Position numbers and translations under genes: made by a program. This document shows, piece by piece, positions 1 to 12,452 of a stretch of 64,000 nt of DNA. Source of the DNA: Gekko japonicus (lineage: Eukaryota); the NCBI RefSeq assembly GCF_001447785.1, contig NW_015172043.1:203996-267995 (forward strand), read 5' to 3'. Each line of letters starts with the position of its first letter. The first letter of the stretch is position 1. The notes under the pieces were generated by a model that saw only the letters and a list, made by a program, of their open reading frames with translations, had not been told where the DNA came from and searched no databases.

Positions 1-927
1 AGCGACGTGACTGCGTGGTGAGGCGGGATAAGGGAGGTAAGTGTGATCATGATTATCCAGATAAAATATAATCTGGTTAGAAGTGGAGCAGTTTAACCCA
101 CTCTCAGCACGCCGTCTGACTGCACCCCAAAACATTCCCTAACATTTCCCTGCATGTTGTTCAGCTAACACAGATGATAAGAACTCAGAGTAGGAACTAT
201 ATCATGTCTGAGCGGTTTTTTGTTCCCAGCATGCAGGTGTCCCTTAAGCAACAAAGAGCAATCTGACAAACTGGGGAGAGCACTTTAAGCTGAATGAGTG
301 CCTGACAATAATAGACAGGGACTCTGCAAGATGGAGATACCAACATTAGGAGAGAGAGAGAATAAAGTTTCCTCTGGGAAAATGAAATAGTGTGGGCTAA
401 TTTTTCAAGGACCCAGAAAGGGGACAGGCAGGGGTAGCTCCACTACCCCAGCAGGCTCCGTAAGTACGCAACGTTAAAGCACTGCCAACGACGGAAGGCT
501 CAAGATCGGCACCACCGCAGCATCCCTTGAGACACTGCGAGAGCCGCACTTCTGGGACTGTACAACTGCCCACTATTTTGGGGAAGGGCGAGAATCAGAT
601 TTAGGGAAGGATCGAGAAAGGGTCACAATCTTACTACAGACAAATTCACTGTCAAACCCCCCCCCCCCCCCCATTCAACTATCACATCTCAGGCTCCAGG
701 CGCGCACAAGACGAGCTCGAAGACCCCACAGAGCCAAATGCTCCACCGAGTTTAGAAGTGACAAAAGACGTAACCAGTCAAGGAACAGCGTGCAGCCACC
801 GGGGGGGCGGGGGGGCTGCCCCTCACAGAACTCGGACCGGCGCTGCAAGCAAGAAAGGGGCTGAGAGGGTCGCTAACTGGGCCCCTCCCGCGAGCTCTGC
901 CAGTCGCTCCTCTTTTCCTCGGCTCAC

Positions 928-992
928 CTCCCCTTCATGTTTACATTCACGCCGCGCTTCCTGATCAGCTCGTCCAGAGACAAGTCCGCCAT
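928..992 (-). CDS. POLDIP3: POLDIP3 (SKAR) coding exon 1; gene continues off the left end of the window
   Basis: Reverse strand reads MADLSLDELIRKRGVNVNMKG(R), matching the POLDIP3 N-terminus MADISLDELIRKRG. Followed by donor AG|GTGAG at 927-923. Lies in CpG-rich DNA. Confidence 0.93.
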
Positions 993-1178
993 ATCGTCGC
1001 TAGGCCTGGAGACAAGTCGCTGCGACCAAAGGCCGGACATGAGATTTAACTACTTCCGGTCTCAATCTACCTTCACAAACGGCGGCGGGGGGGGGGAGAG
1101 GGTGAAAGTCTCGCGATTTTGTCCAGCAAGCTTCGCGGGCGCGAGAAGAGAGAGGAGACAGCGAGCGCCGCAGTAGCT

Positions 1179-1215
1179 AAACTCCCATAGTTCCTCGCGG
1201 GGACGTCATTTGCAT
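1179..1215 (+). promoter_or_regulatory. snRNA distal sequence element (SPH/ZNF143 site, CRE-like site, octamer) in the shared POLDIP3/U12 promoter
   Basis: AAACTCCCATAGTTCCTCGCG (1179-1199), GACGTCA (1202-1208) and ATTTGCAT (1208-1215), about 200-235 nt upstream of the U12 start. Confidence 0.8.
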
Positions 1216-1354
1216 ACTCGCCGAAAGGGCGTGAGTGGTCATTTCTACACCTCAAAGATGCCTTTTCCAACGTTTATTTCAGAAATAACAGTAAGAGGGG
1301 ACTTACAGTTATGTTCTGAAACGCCTGTGATTCTCTTTCATCACCTAAGTTTGC

Positions 1355-1373
1355 TCATCCTGACCTGAATAAT
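1355..1373 (+). promoter_or_regulatory. snRNA proximal sequence element (PSE)
   Basis: TCATCCTGACCTGAATAAT at about -61 to -43 from the U12 start. Position and TCA-CC-TGAC pattern fit a SNAPc site. No TATA box, as expected for a Pol II snRNA gene. Confidence 0.6.
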
Positions 1374-1415
1374 AACTGGACGCTTCCACATGACTTCCCT
1401 GCGCGTGCTACGGTT

Positions 1416-1564
1416 ATGCCTTAAACTTATGAGTAAGGAAAATAACGATCCGGGGTGACGCCCGGATCCTCACTGCTAATGTGAGAAGAATTTTTGAACG
1501 GGTACAGGTCGACCCTATGGTGACCCGCCTACTTAGTGGGATGCCTCGGTGTTTGATCTGCCCG
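1416..1564 (+). ncRNA. RNU12: U12 minor spliceosomal snRNA
   Basis: 149 nt starting ATGCCTTAAACTTATGAGTAAGGAAAATAACG. Branch-point pairing GTAAGGA at 1433-1439, Sm site AATTTTTGA at 1489-1497, hairpin CCCGC-CTACTTA-GTGGG, ends GATCTGCCCG. Confidence 0.97.
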
Positions 1565-1704
1565 TACCCTTTTTTGGAAAAAATAATTACATCTAGCCAA
1601 TGATTCTTGCTTCTTTTATACTCCCTGACTCAGGCAGGTAACCATTGATTGAGTTTGTTTTTTAGGTAGGTTGCAGTGTTAGGTTGAAGCAAGAGTGCGG
1701 AAGG

Positions 1705-2100
1705 GTGTGTGCACACAAAAGCTCATACCTTGAGTAAAACTTTGTTGGTCTTAAAGGTGCCACTGGACTCAAACTTTGTCCTAATGCTATTAAGTTTAGC
1801 ATTTATGTAAATAGGAAAAAAAGTTAAGAGTCCAGTGGCACCTTTAGGACCAACAGAGTTTTATTCAAGGTATAGGCTTTCATGTGCATACACTTCTTCA
1901 GATACAATGAAATGGAAGTTAACAGTCCTATATAGGTAGGTGAGCAGTAAATTAGCATACAACATGATGATGTTTCACAGGTTCAAGGACCAAACAGGAA
2001 CAACAATCTTAGTTTATATGGTTATCATTTGTTTGGGTTTACTTCTGGGGGAGAGCATAGTGAAGGAAATAAATGTCAAAAATGGAGATTGATGGGCAGA
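1705..2100. mobile_element. Two oppositely oriented Penelope-like (Neptune-type) terminal-repeat fragments with a hammerhead remnant
   Basis: Motif aagctcatacc..ttgttggtcttaaaggtgccactggactc on + (1711-1770) and on - (1828-1888). Minus copy contains GTAT-CTGAAGA...GAAAGCCT-ATAC. Confidence 0.6.
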
Positions 2101-2871
2101 TGTATTCTTAATTGTGGAATGCTGGGAGTAATTAACTGAGACCCTGCCATTACGTTCCATCTTCTTTCCAGCAAGGAGGATTTAGCAGTATTTGTTCTTG
2201 GGATGCCACTGCCATGTCATGATGGAACTGCCTCTGCTGTGTTAGGGCGTTACACATTCATTTTTTAGCAACTTCATAGGTGAACTACCAACAAAAGTTG
2301 TCCAGCATAGGTGAACTACAACAGAAGACTGAATTTTCTCTGAATAAGGGAAATCCTTTGGAGGCACCTATCAGGCCTTCTTCAAAAGAGGTATAATCAT
2401 TCCCAAATTGCTGTACCTACAGCCAGTTGTGTGCTATGCACATTTACTAACCTATCTTTACAATTTTCACACACATTTTTGTTTTCTAGCTTGCCTTAAT
2501 AAAGGCCATTTCCTGTTTGGCTATAATTCTTATGTGCATGTGCAAGCTTTAGCTGTTTATTTTCATTCCACTTCAGTGTAAATCAAAGGACAATTTTAAG
2601 CACACCTAAAGATACCCTTAAGGGAAATTATTTATTTGTTTGTTTGTTTGTTTCTTCAAACTTACACCCCGCCCTCCCCGCAAATTAGCAACTACAAGTG
2701 ATTATTTTGGTTCCTTTTCAATGGGAAAAATACCAGCAATATTAACATCTTTTCTCCCATATATAAGCTACATATATACATTTAGTGACATTGTACAGTT
2801 GAATGCATTCCTGTTCTGGGAGAGCAAGAGGGTAATAGGATGGAAAGAAATAAAAAACAATGCATTGACCA

Positions 2872-3790
2872 TTATTTATTTATTTATCGTATGACAGTTA
2901 CACACAGGAAGCATATAATATAAAATATGTAATGTATGCAGACCGATTGGGCAATCCCACTAAATGCTTCAATCCACGCAATCACAGCTGGGGAGAGTTC
3001 AGAGCTCTGTCACATCTCCCTGGAAAGCATGATGCTCACATTCCTATGATAGATGGAAAAGTTTGCCAGGCTGCGCCACAATCACATTTGGGTCCTGCTA
3101 CCTTGCCCCTTTTAAACAACAGGCCTGCATAACTGCCAAAGCCTGTTCGTATTCTATTAGCCACCTTCCATACTTTACGTGGCAAGTCAAGTACTGCAGG
3201 CTTCTTGTTGATGTTTATCAGGTTATGGATATCGGATGGAACTGATTGTATCTATGTTTGCAAGCATTCATTCCCTTGATCAAAATTTTGTGATTGCAGG
3301 ATTTGTGCAGATCTAATTTTGGGTGTCGGGATCTGTCTGGATAGGCCTGCGTCAGCCATGTCTTTGTGGATGGGCAACTGTTTTCAATGATCTTTCTATG
3401 TTCACGAAGAGCATCTTGTTTTCGGAGAGGTGGGGGAGTGATGTGGCACAATGTGAGTAGCCGGAGTGGGCTTAGTACATCTGCTGATGGTTCTCATTAT
3501 TGTACTGAGTTGGACATAAAGTGTGTGGATATGGGGGCTGTTGAGCCACACTGAAGCACCATATTCTGCAGTACTATAAACCAACCCCAAAGTGGAGCAT
3601 CTTAGTGTTGTAGCATATGCACCCCAAGTTGTATCACATAATTTTTGAAGAGTTGTTTTGCATGTATATTTTCACTGCTACATTGGTAAGATGGTGTTTA
3701 TAGCTCAAGGTTCTGTCCAGGATAATGCCAAGGTGTATGGTTGTGTTTAAGTTGGGTGCCATTAAGGTAGACATTCAGTTCACAGTTGGC
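2872..3790 (-). mobile_element. Degraded 5'-truncated Vingi/Ingi-like LINE
   Basis: Fragmented RT C-terminal motifs GLVYSTAEYGASVWLNSPH and ITPPPLR; (TAAA)n tail at 2872-2887. Confidence 0.65.
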
Positions 3791-4875
3791 AAGATTGCTG
3801 AGATGGAAACGGGAGCATTCCGTTTTTGCTGGAATTGGGACAAGCATGGGACATTAGCAGATAGTATACAGGAAGACACAGGCAGGAAACAAAGGCAAGC
3901 AGTGGTGTGGAACAATGAATTGGAAGTGTCATCTACACTGAACGCTGCACCTATACATTCTTTTGGTACTGTGGATATTAGCTGTGACAAAACAGGGCCC
4001 CTGGGAGATCTTCTTCTTCCATGGGTCAAAAGTAAAAAGGCATGAGGACAGAGGCTGCCATTCCAGGATTTACCTTAACCTCTGCAGCCACTGACAGTTA
4101 AGACTCAAACAGCTGAAATCAGACAAAGCAAATCTATGCGGTACCTGTCTAACATTCTAGCCTTTATCTCCACTACCCAGTGTCTATATGTTTTATCTGA
4201 AGCTGAACCAAATGGTTACAGGAGAGTCTGAAAAATGCAATTTTGAACCACATCAGAGTACAAAGGTCAAGCATTTTAGGACATATTACCAAACAGTCTG
4301 CAGAAGTAATGTTTTAAACAAATATTGTGTAAGAATTTTACCTTGCCACAGAATAGATTTAAGTATAACTTGAGTTACTGCTAGTTTAGGACCTCTTAAA
4401 GCTAAACCAAGACCTATAACGCCACACTGGCAAGATTTATAGGATTGCTGGGATAGTATTTTCCTAAGGTAAAAAGCTGGAATTTGGTACATAATTCAAG
4501 ACTTCTGTTACCCAAAAAATCCAAAACAGAGGACATCATAACAGGGGAACATGAATTGTAGTTCGTGTTATTTTAGTACTAGCTGGAACTTGATGGTCAG
4601 AACTGATCATATTGGGCTGAGCTGATGCAGGTTGTTTGCCTCTTACCATTGGCTAGCTGAGAATATACCAAGTCAAGAATGTTGGGCTGTGGGAGTTCTA
4701 TTCCCCATTCACAACCTTAAATCAGTCTTGAGGGGATTTCCAGGAACAACCAAGAACTTGTGTTTGATTGCAGCATCCACATGGGAATGCATATATTCTC
4801 ACTCTCACACACAAGTTCTGAGCTACTGGAATAAACTTTCAAACAGTGAAATTAGTTATTCAGAACAATTTCATT

Positions 4876-6130
4876 AGCTGCCTTTCTACCTTGTGGTACT
4901 CAAGGTGGCTTACAATGTTAATAAAATTATTATTAAAAACACATAAAAGACCACAACATAAAAATCTCCAAAAGAACTGCTAGTAAATAAAAACTAAATT
5001 ACTCAAATGCAGTCCTAAGTAAAACTGCCTTCACTGCCTCCCAAAGATGGAATGTGAGGGGGCCAGGTGCACCCTATGGAGTCTCTTCCATAATCATGGG
5101 TCTGCCACTGAAAAGGCCCTTTCTTGTGGGTCCCCCAGACAGGCTTCTTTGATTGGTAGGACAGTCAGGAGGGCCTCTCCTGTGATTTTAATTTATGGAC
5201 AGGAACATGTGGGAGAAGACAATCCTTCAGATAGTCTGGTCCCAAGCCATATAGGGTTTTAAAGGTTGAAACCAACACCTTGAACTGGACTTGGGAGCAC
5301 ATCAGTAGCCAGTGTAATTGCTGTAGTATTGGGGTCCTGGTAGCTGACCCTAACCAGCAGTCTAGAAACAGTGTTCTGCACTCAAGCAGAGTGCATTGCA
5401 GTTGTTCAGTCTAGATGTAACTGAGGCATGGGTCACTGGGGCTAGACCTGACTGAACCAGAATCAGACACAGCTGACACACCAGCCAAAGCCAGGCAATA
5501 GCATTCTGTGCCACCTGGCTTGACACAGCAGTCCCAAGCTGTGAACCTGGCTTTTCAAGGCGAGTATAACTCCAACCAAGACTGGAGAAATCTCAAGTCC
5601 CCAGTATGCCTTTCTGCTAAGAGAAGAGCTGCCTGTCAGGATTAAGTTTCAGGCTGTTCACCCTCCTCCAGCCCATTACCGACTCCAAGCACTGAGCATT
5701 CTCAGAATTAGCTGGAAAAGGTAGAGCTGAGTATCATCCATATATTGGTGACACCAGTCCATACCTCCTAATGACCTCTCCCTGCGGCTTCATATAGATA
5801 TTAAATAGTGTGGCTGAATATATCAAACCCTGCAAAACCCCACAGGTCAATGGCCATGAGACGGAGCAGGAATCCTCCAACGTTGCCTCCTGAGACCTAG
5901 CCCCACCCCCCCATACAGCACTCAAACCACCATAATGCAGTGCCTCTTAGTCCCAGCGCTAAGGCAGTTCAGTAGGATACTACAACTGATATTATCAAAG
6001 GCTATTAAGACATTCAGTGGAACTAGCAGGGTCAGATTCCCACATCTAGTTCTTGATAGAGGTCATCAGCCAAGGTGACCAAAACAATCTTTGTTTCAAA
6101 CCCTGGCCTGAAGCCAGATTGAATGGGTCC
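4876..6130 (-). mobile_element. Degraded L2 LINE
   Basis: CGVLQGLIYSATLFNIYMKPQGEVIRRYGL resembles the L2 RT motif CGVPQGS.L.P.LFNIYM.PL; L2-type 3' end near 4880-4910. Confidence 0.7.
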
Positions 6131-7269
6131 AGAGTGTCCCTATTAGGCCTAGATAATATGACCTAAGAGCAGTAGAAGAACAACAAAATCAGTTTGCAAA
6201 AAAATCATTAATATAAACTCCTCTAATTCAGACAAAAAATGTACCAGCCTTTAAACAAGTTTCTGAATAAGCATGCTCTGGGCAAAAAATTTGAGGGATG
6301 CATAGCCCCAACTCCAGATACATCATTGTATGTGCATTCAGAGAGGCCTGAGTCAGCTTCAGTGTGCTTGCATGCTTACCCCCACCCTAACCCACTGACC
6401 ATGACTGAAGCCTTAATTGTGAGGAGGGAGTAGGGAACACACAGCTATTACACTGGACAATACTGGGTTGGTTTATTTTTATTTCTTTTCTTTTTTTTAC
6501 AATTAAGGATGTGCAGTTAACACCTCACAAGAAAAAGCAGAAAAAAGTCTTATGGGGAAAAAACAAGTATACTGAACACATACCAATCAAATGGTACAGA
6601 GATATGGGGATGGCTTTGATTTCAAAGTTTCAACAGAAATTTAAAAAAAGGATGAAATGCAACAGCTGTTCAATTTCCAATTCTAAATAGGCACTGTAAA
6701 AAATAAAATAAAAAAACACATTTCTGCTTTCTCCAGAATATGTCCCCAATCTAAACATACTGCCAAACATCTGGGATTCTCAAGGAGCAACTGAGAACCC
6801 AGCTTTACAATGATAATAAAAGCTTGGGACCCACCCACCCACCCTCTTTAAAAACCACTCAGTGCTGCTGTCTGGACTGGAGGAAAATTAGAAGATTTTA
6901 TAAAGGTTTGAAAGCATCCAAGGCAAAGAGCACAATATAGTTTGTTCACTATAACTTGTATTGAAAAAGGAGAATAAAACATTGAGATCTACATCATGGT
7001 ACATAAAAGTGTTGTCTTGAAGAGAGATTTTGTGAAAATAACATTTTACAAGTTTGTTGTAGGGAAGGGGAGGGGATAGGACATTGCTTTAGCTGTCACC
7101 AATTGAGAGGGTCGATTCAAACTTCATTATAACCATTCGCATACACTGTACATCTACCCTAGTTGGATCAGTGTGGATCTGCTCACTGGTGTCCCTTTGA
7201 GTAACTGTAAACTAAACCACAGTATGCAACTCCATAGGAAGCTAAAGGATCAAATGAATGTACAGCCAG

Positions 7270-7468
7270 TTATATTTCCCCTGCTTCACGCTCCTCTGAA
7301 CTCCTTCTGTCTTCTGATCGGCCATTAGCACTTTCATAGGAACGCTTCCTGTCTTTGCAATCTCGGTCTTTAGGCGATTTCTCTCTGGAGCTCCTGTCTT
7401 TGTCATGTGATGTTCTGTTATGGTCTCTTGACCGTTCTTTGTCTCTGGATGATCTTTCTTTTGAGGAT
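7270..7468 (-). CDS. LUC7L2: LUC7L2 exon 10 (last coding exon)
   Basis: Acceptor ttttttcag. Encodes ...RSYESANGRSEDRRSSEEREAGEI followed by TAA at 7272-7270. Confidence 0.96.
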
Positions 7469-7617
7469 CTGAAAAAATACAATCCATTTGATAACTTACA
7501 TTACTTCTCTTTTCTTTTTGTATACTTGTTTAGCAATTTAGAAGTCAATTTTTATCAGAGCACGAGAAAGCAGAGACATACTGCACCATTTCCAGAGTCA
7601 GAATTGGGAAAAGTGGA

Positions 7618-9364
7618 GTTTAAACTGAAGAGTTATGTAGATGATGTAGTCCTTACAATTTCGAACCCCCAACAATCTCTCCAACATGTAATGGAGCAAA
7701 TTGACAAGTCTGGATCCTTTTCAGGGTATAAAATCAACTGGAAGAAAACCAAGATTATTTAAGAATTCTCAACTATCAAGGAGATTAAAAAAATTTCAGG
7801 ATGTGACGTAACAAGCAATCCAGGCAAATACCTAGGAATATTTCTCACGGGACAGAAATGATACAATATTAAAGGACAATTACATGACAACCTGGTTCAA
7901 AATACAAAACGATCTTGAAAGATGGTCCAAATTACATCTATCCTGGCTAGGAAGAATTTCTGCTATAAAAATGACTGTACTACCAAAATTAAACTTTTTG
8001 TTACAGATGATTTCAATTCCAACTCCTGAAAAGATTTCGAGTGACTGGCAAAGACAAATAAATAAGTCTGTATGGAAAAATAAGAAGCCAAGAATAAGAT
8101 TTAAAGTATTGCAAGACGAGAAGAAAAGAGGTGGTCTGCCAGTACCTAACATTAAATTATATTATCAAGCCACTGGGCTAGTTTGGATATCAGATTGGAT
8201 TAGAAGTCTCAATGAAAGACTGATACTGACTGATTTTGAAAAGATTGTCTCACAATCTAAAGACCATTAATTAGGGCGAATCTACAAGTTATTGCTTCAA
8301 TCTGGTTCTGAAGAAGAACAAGTGAAACCCTGCATAATTAAATGGATGCAAAATTTCGGTGGGGAAATATAGTTTCAATGTTGGGAAAATCTATGAACTA
8401 AAGGTATTAGATTCACTGCTAGCCAAGCATTAAGAGAAAACTAGTACAAGATGTTTTACCGATGGTACGTCATTCCAAAAATATTGCAAAGATGGATAAG
8501 AATTACAAAGGGGCCTGCTGGAAATGTAAAAAATAAGATGGCACCTTTTATTATATGTGGTGAACCTGCATCAAGACAAAAAGATACTGGAAAAATATAC
8601 ATGAAGAAATTCAAAAATATTCTAAAAACCAAAATCCCAATGAAACCAGAGATTATGTTACTGGGAATCTTACCAGACAGCATAGACAGAACCTCACAAG
8701 ACCAAGTTAGATATATGTTGACAGCAGCCAGAGTACTATTTGCAATGAAATGGAAGACAGAAGACTATCCTACAGTAGAGCTCTGGAAAGAAAAACTAGC
8801 TGAGTATGCAACATTGGCAAAACTAACCAACTATATAAACAAAAGACCACTGAAAGAATTTCTACAGAAATGGCAAGCTTATTACTCACATTATGGGAAT
8901 AATTAATTTTTTTTAAAAGTTCTGGAATAACCTGAATATCATATTAAAGGTGATGAAGGTATTGATTATAGTTCCAATACTTGATTCTGTATTCCACTAG
9001 TAATTAAATAATTAGTAAGAATAAAATTTAGATTTAGATAAATAATTAAGACATATTAAGGATTTTACAGTGATTCAGTTTTAGCACAGAAGTTCATTCA
9101 ATTGTTAAAGATGTAATTTCTTTTACTGTTAATAGATTATCGCTAACCTTAGGAAAGTTCTTTACTCTTTAAAGAGAGAATCTATCCCAAAATTCTGTAA
9201 TATTGATGTTTTAATATCTGCTTCTATATATGAAATATGTAATATATCTGATCTTATTTGTTGTACTTAACAATTCAGATTATTTGGCAAACCTGATGTA
9301 TTTATATTCCCCCCCATTTTTTCCCTAATGTATCCCACCTTTTTTCTGAGAGGGGAAAAAAAAA
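7618..9364 (+). mobile_element. 5'-truncated L1-clade LINE (ORF2 RT to C-terminus, 3' UTR, polyA)
   Basis: YVDD, MTVLPKLNFL and GGLPVPNIKLYY motifs with frameshifts. A-tail. Perfect 18-bp TSD AGAATTGGGAAAAGTGGA at 7600-7617 and 9365-9382. Confidence 0.9.
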
Positions 9365-11287
9365 AGAATTGGGAAAAGTGGACCCAAATTTGGGCAACAG
9401 TCTATATGTAGATTACCTTTTCTTAGTTAAAACTTTAACTTAGTTAAAACATGGAATGCTTGGACGGAGGCCGCTGCGAGCATGCACGAAAGCTCAGAGT
9501 GGTCCAGGCCTGGAGGTGGAATTGCGACAGCCAGAAAGAGTGAAACACCAAAGACCGATGCCGGAGGAGGGTCGCCGCCGGACTGTCCCCTCGCAAGAAA
9601 GAAGATCTGCTACAACAGGATAAGGGTGCCTGGTAGGCTTCTCACCTCCCCTACATATCTGGCCCTAGATTAGATTGGTTAAATCGGAATTGTAAGCCAC
9701 TCAGAGCCCCTAGGGGGTGAGTGGGATAGAAGTTGAAGGAATAAATAAAAATTAATAAATAAATAAATGTTAGAAGGATCAAATTTTAAAATGTGCTGTT
9801 GCCTAGTACATTTCCCATGTAATTCAAACAAAGGTGGTGTGTGCATGCATGCATGTACACTGCAAGTAGAAAAACCAAGCCCTTTCGTAGATCATTATAT
9901 CTGTTTTGTTATCGGTACATTGTCACCCTGCCTTCCTCCAAGCAGCTGAGGGGGATGCACGTAATTCAACATTCTGCAGTTTTTATCTTAGTGCCCCCAC
10001 TGCCAAGAGAGGTTAACTTGAAGTCAACCATGGAGCTGCATGGCTGAGTGGGGATCTGAAACTTGATCTTGCCAGTCCTAGTTAACTCTGATTTATCTAT
10101 CTATTTCACTTTTACCCTGCACCCGATCTGAAAATGGAGAAGGGGTGGGGGCTAAAAGACTGAGAGTAAGGTTCCACCGAAAATAGGTTTTAAAGATGGA
10201 GAGATGCAGTGCTGTGTAGTGGTTCTAGGAATGAGCTTCAAGTATAAGCAGCAGCAACAGGAAACAAGTAAGAATCCTCTAAGGGTGATCAGTAGATATA
10301 TAAAGAAGGACAAATGTTTCACATGGGCCACACTCAGGTTAAAAGTATTCTGGATGCAGAAGGGGCATCATATGATCTGAATATGCCTAAGAAGGGTAAA
10401 TGATTTGGGGGGGGGGGGGAATTTATGGAAAGAGAAGAAAGGACTAGGATGATAGAAAGAAAATGCAAAAGACTATTACAGTAATCAAGGTGGGAGATGA
10501 CCAGAATTTAAGGCCAGGAAATGGAGAAAACCAGTCAGATTTTTGTGATGTTTTATAGGGAGAAGCAATATGATTTGGCGACAAACTACACACAGAGAAA
10601 AGAAAGGAATTAAGGTTACACCAAGGCTTAGTACATGAGCTATACAGTGATACATCATCAATGGAATGCTTGGGATTTGATGACCCATGCACATTCATAA
10701 ATTAGCAATGAAAACAGGTGACCCTGCAATGTGTTCATGAAGTTCTGAAGCAGATGTCTGAAAACCAATATAACAATTCAGGTGTCTAACAAGACCAGAT
10801 ATAACGTATCATGGGAGCACATGACAATTATGGAGTCCAAACATGACCCAAATAAAACTGATCAGCAACTTCAAGCAAGGCTGAAAGAAATATTGCGAAG
10901 ATTGAAAACAGAGTGGGGAGAATCCACTGTTTCTGTTAAAAAAGGAACATTCCCTCACCATCCAAACAAAGAAATGTACAGAACACGAAGGCACATAAAG
11001 GAGTCAAACAAGTTTAATCTCCATACAAATGAAACTACTCAGAAATATTATACATATTTAGATTTTACATGCCATGACTAACCCTAATATTAAATATCCA
11101 GGGTTACAATTAAATGTTATGAAGTACATTATTCCATGACATAATACCTCCTATGATACAGGATATTAAGCATGGTTAAAATCAGGGCAATCCTCAAGGT
11201 ATCATCTATGTTCTCACAGAAAGAGTAGTTAAATTTCATGGAGGTGTCCACATGTTAAACATTCCTACCTGCTGACCCAACAGTTAC

Positions 11288-11482
11288 CTTTTTTTAGAGC
11301 TGCGTTCTCTGCTCCTGTCCCTGGAGCTATGCCTGCTTCTCTGGTGGCTGCGGCTCCTGCTGCGACTGGCGGAACGAGATCTGTGACGGTGACGTTTCTC
11401 ACGGGATCTTGATCGAGTTCTTTTCTTTCGGTCACGTGAGGATGAACGAGATCGATGTCTGCGGCGATCTCGGGACCTAGAT
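11288..11482 (-). CDS. LUC7L2: LUC7L2 exon 9 (RS domain)
   Basis: 195 nt, cctttcag / AG|gtaac. Encodes SRSRDRRRHRSRSSSRDRKKR... Confidence 0.95.
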
Positions 11483-11973
11483 CTGAAAGGAGACCCAAAT
11501 TGAATAAAAAGAAACTCCACGAGATCTACCAAGTCAGCCCTGCAAAACAAATCTCTGCCTGAATCAATTTCTGCTGTAAGAAGTTTTAAAATTTCAGCAT
11601 TTCATGGAACTTCTAAGGCAAATGAGTACCTGTTGCTTCACAGGTATCAGTTTTGGTAGCAGCAAGTCATTAAAAATGGCCAAGGGCCATCAACATGTGT
11701 GGCCAGCCATGCAGCTGCTGCTGTGTTCCACATCAATACCAGGATGTGTCATTCACAAAACACCTCTGGACCTACAAAACTTTAAAGTTCTCTTCTAATT
11801 TGTCACTAAACAGAAGGCAGCAACCAGTTCAAACTGCCTTGCATCTCAAGTACCAGCTTGGTGCTCAATACTTCTACAAAAATGGCCCACAGATATAGGG
11901 TGCCCAGCAGTTTAAGCTATCTATCTCTCATCACAGCACTAATAACTTTGTGTTTAAAGATTCCATTAAGAAA

Positions 11974-12256
11974 AAGAAGAAAAGGAGATTGGATTTATAC
12001 CCTTGTCCTTCACTACCTGAAGGAGCCTCACAGCGGCTTACAATCTCCTTTCCCTTCCCCACCCCACAATGGACACCCTGTGAAGTAGGTGGGGCTGAGA
12101 GAGCTCTTTCAAGAATTGACCAGGAGAGAACAGCTCGAAAGAACTTGTAACTGACCCAAGGTCATGCCAGCAGCTGCATGCGGAGGAGTGGGGAATCAAA
12201 CCCGGTTCTCCCAGATTAGAGTTCGTGCTCCTAACCACTACACCAAACTGGCTCTC
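11974..12256 (-). mobile_element. tRNA-derived squamate SINE (Squam3-like)
   Basis: tRNA-like head GAGAGCCAGTTTGGTGTAGTGGTTAG with B box on the minus strand; (TTC)n-type tail; ATTAAGAAA TSD. Confidence 0.8.
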
Positions 12257-12452
12257 AATTAAGAAATGAGCTGCGCCAGCTATGGCTAGGGATTAAACAT
12301 CAGCAGATCGTGGATGTCTCCCCCACAGTCACATTCCATCAAAGTGACAGAACTGGGACTGTGCATCTTGTCATTACGGAAGACTTTGTTTACTAATGAT
12401 ATTAAATACAGAACTTGTAAAAAATCACAGGAAAGTAAAGCTGGTATCCTAC

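Noticed and set aside
3725-4045. Overlapping 106-aa and 84-aa ORFs between U12 and LUC7L2
   Set aside because: Partly Vingi-derived; no recognisable homology or splice context.
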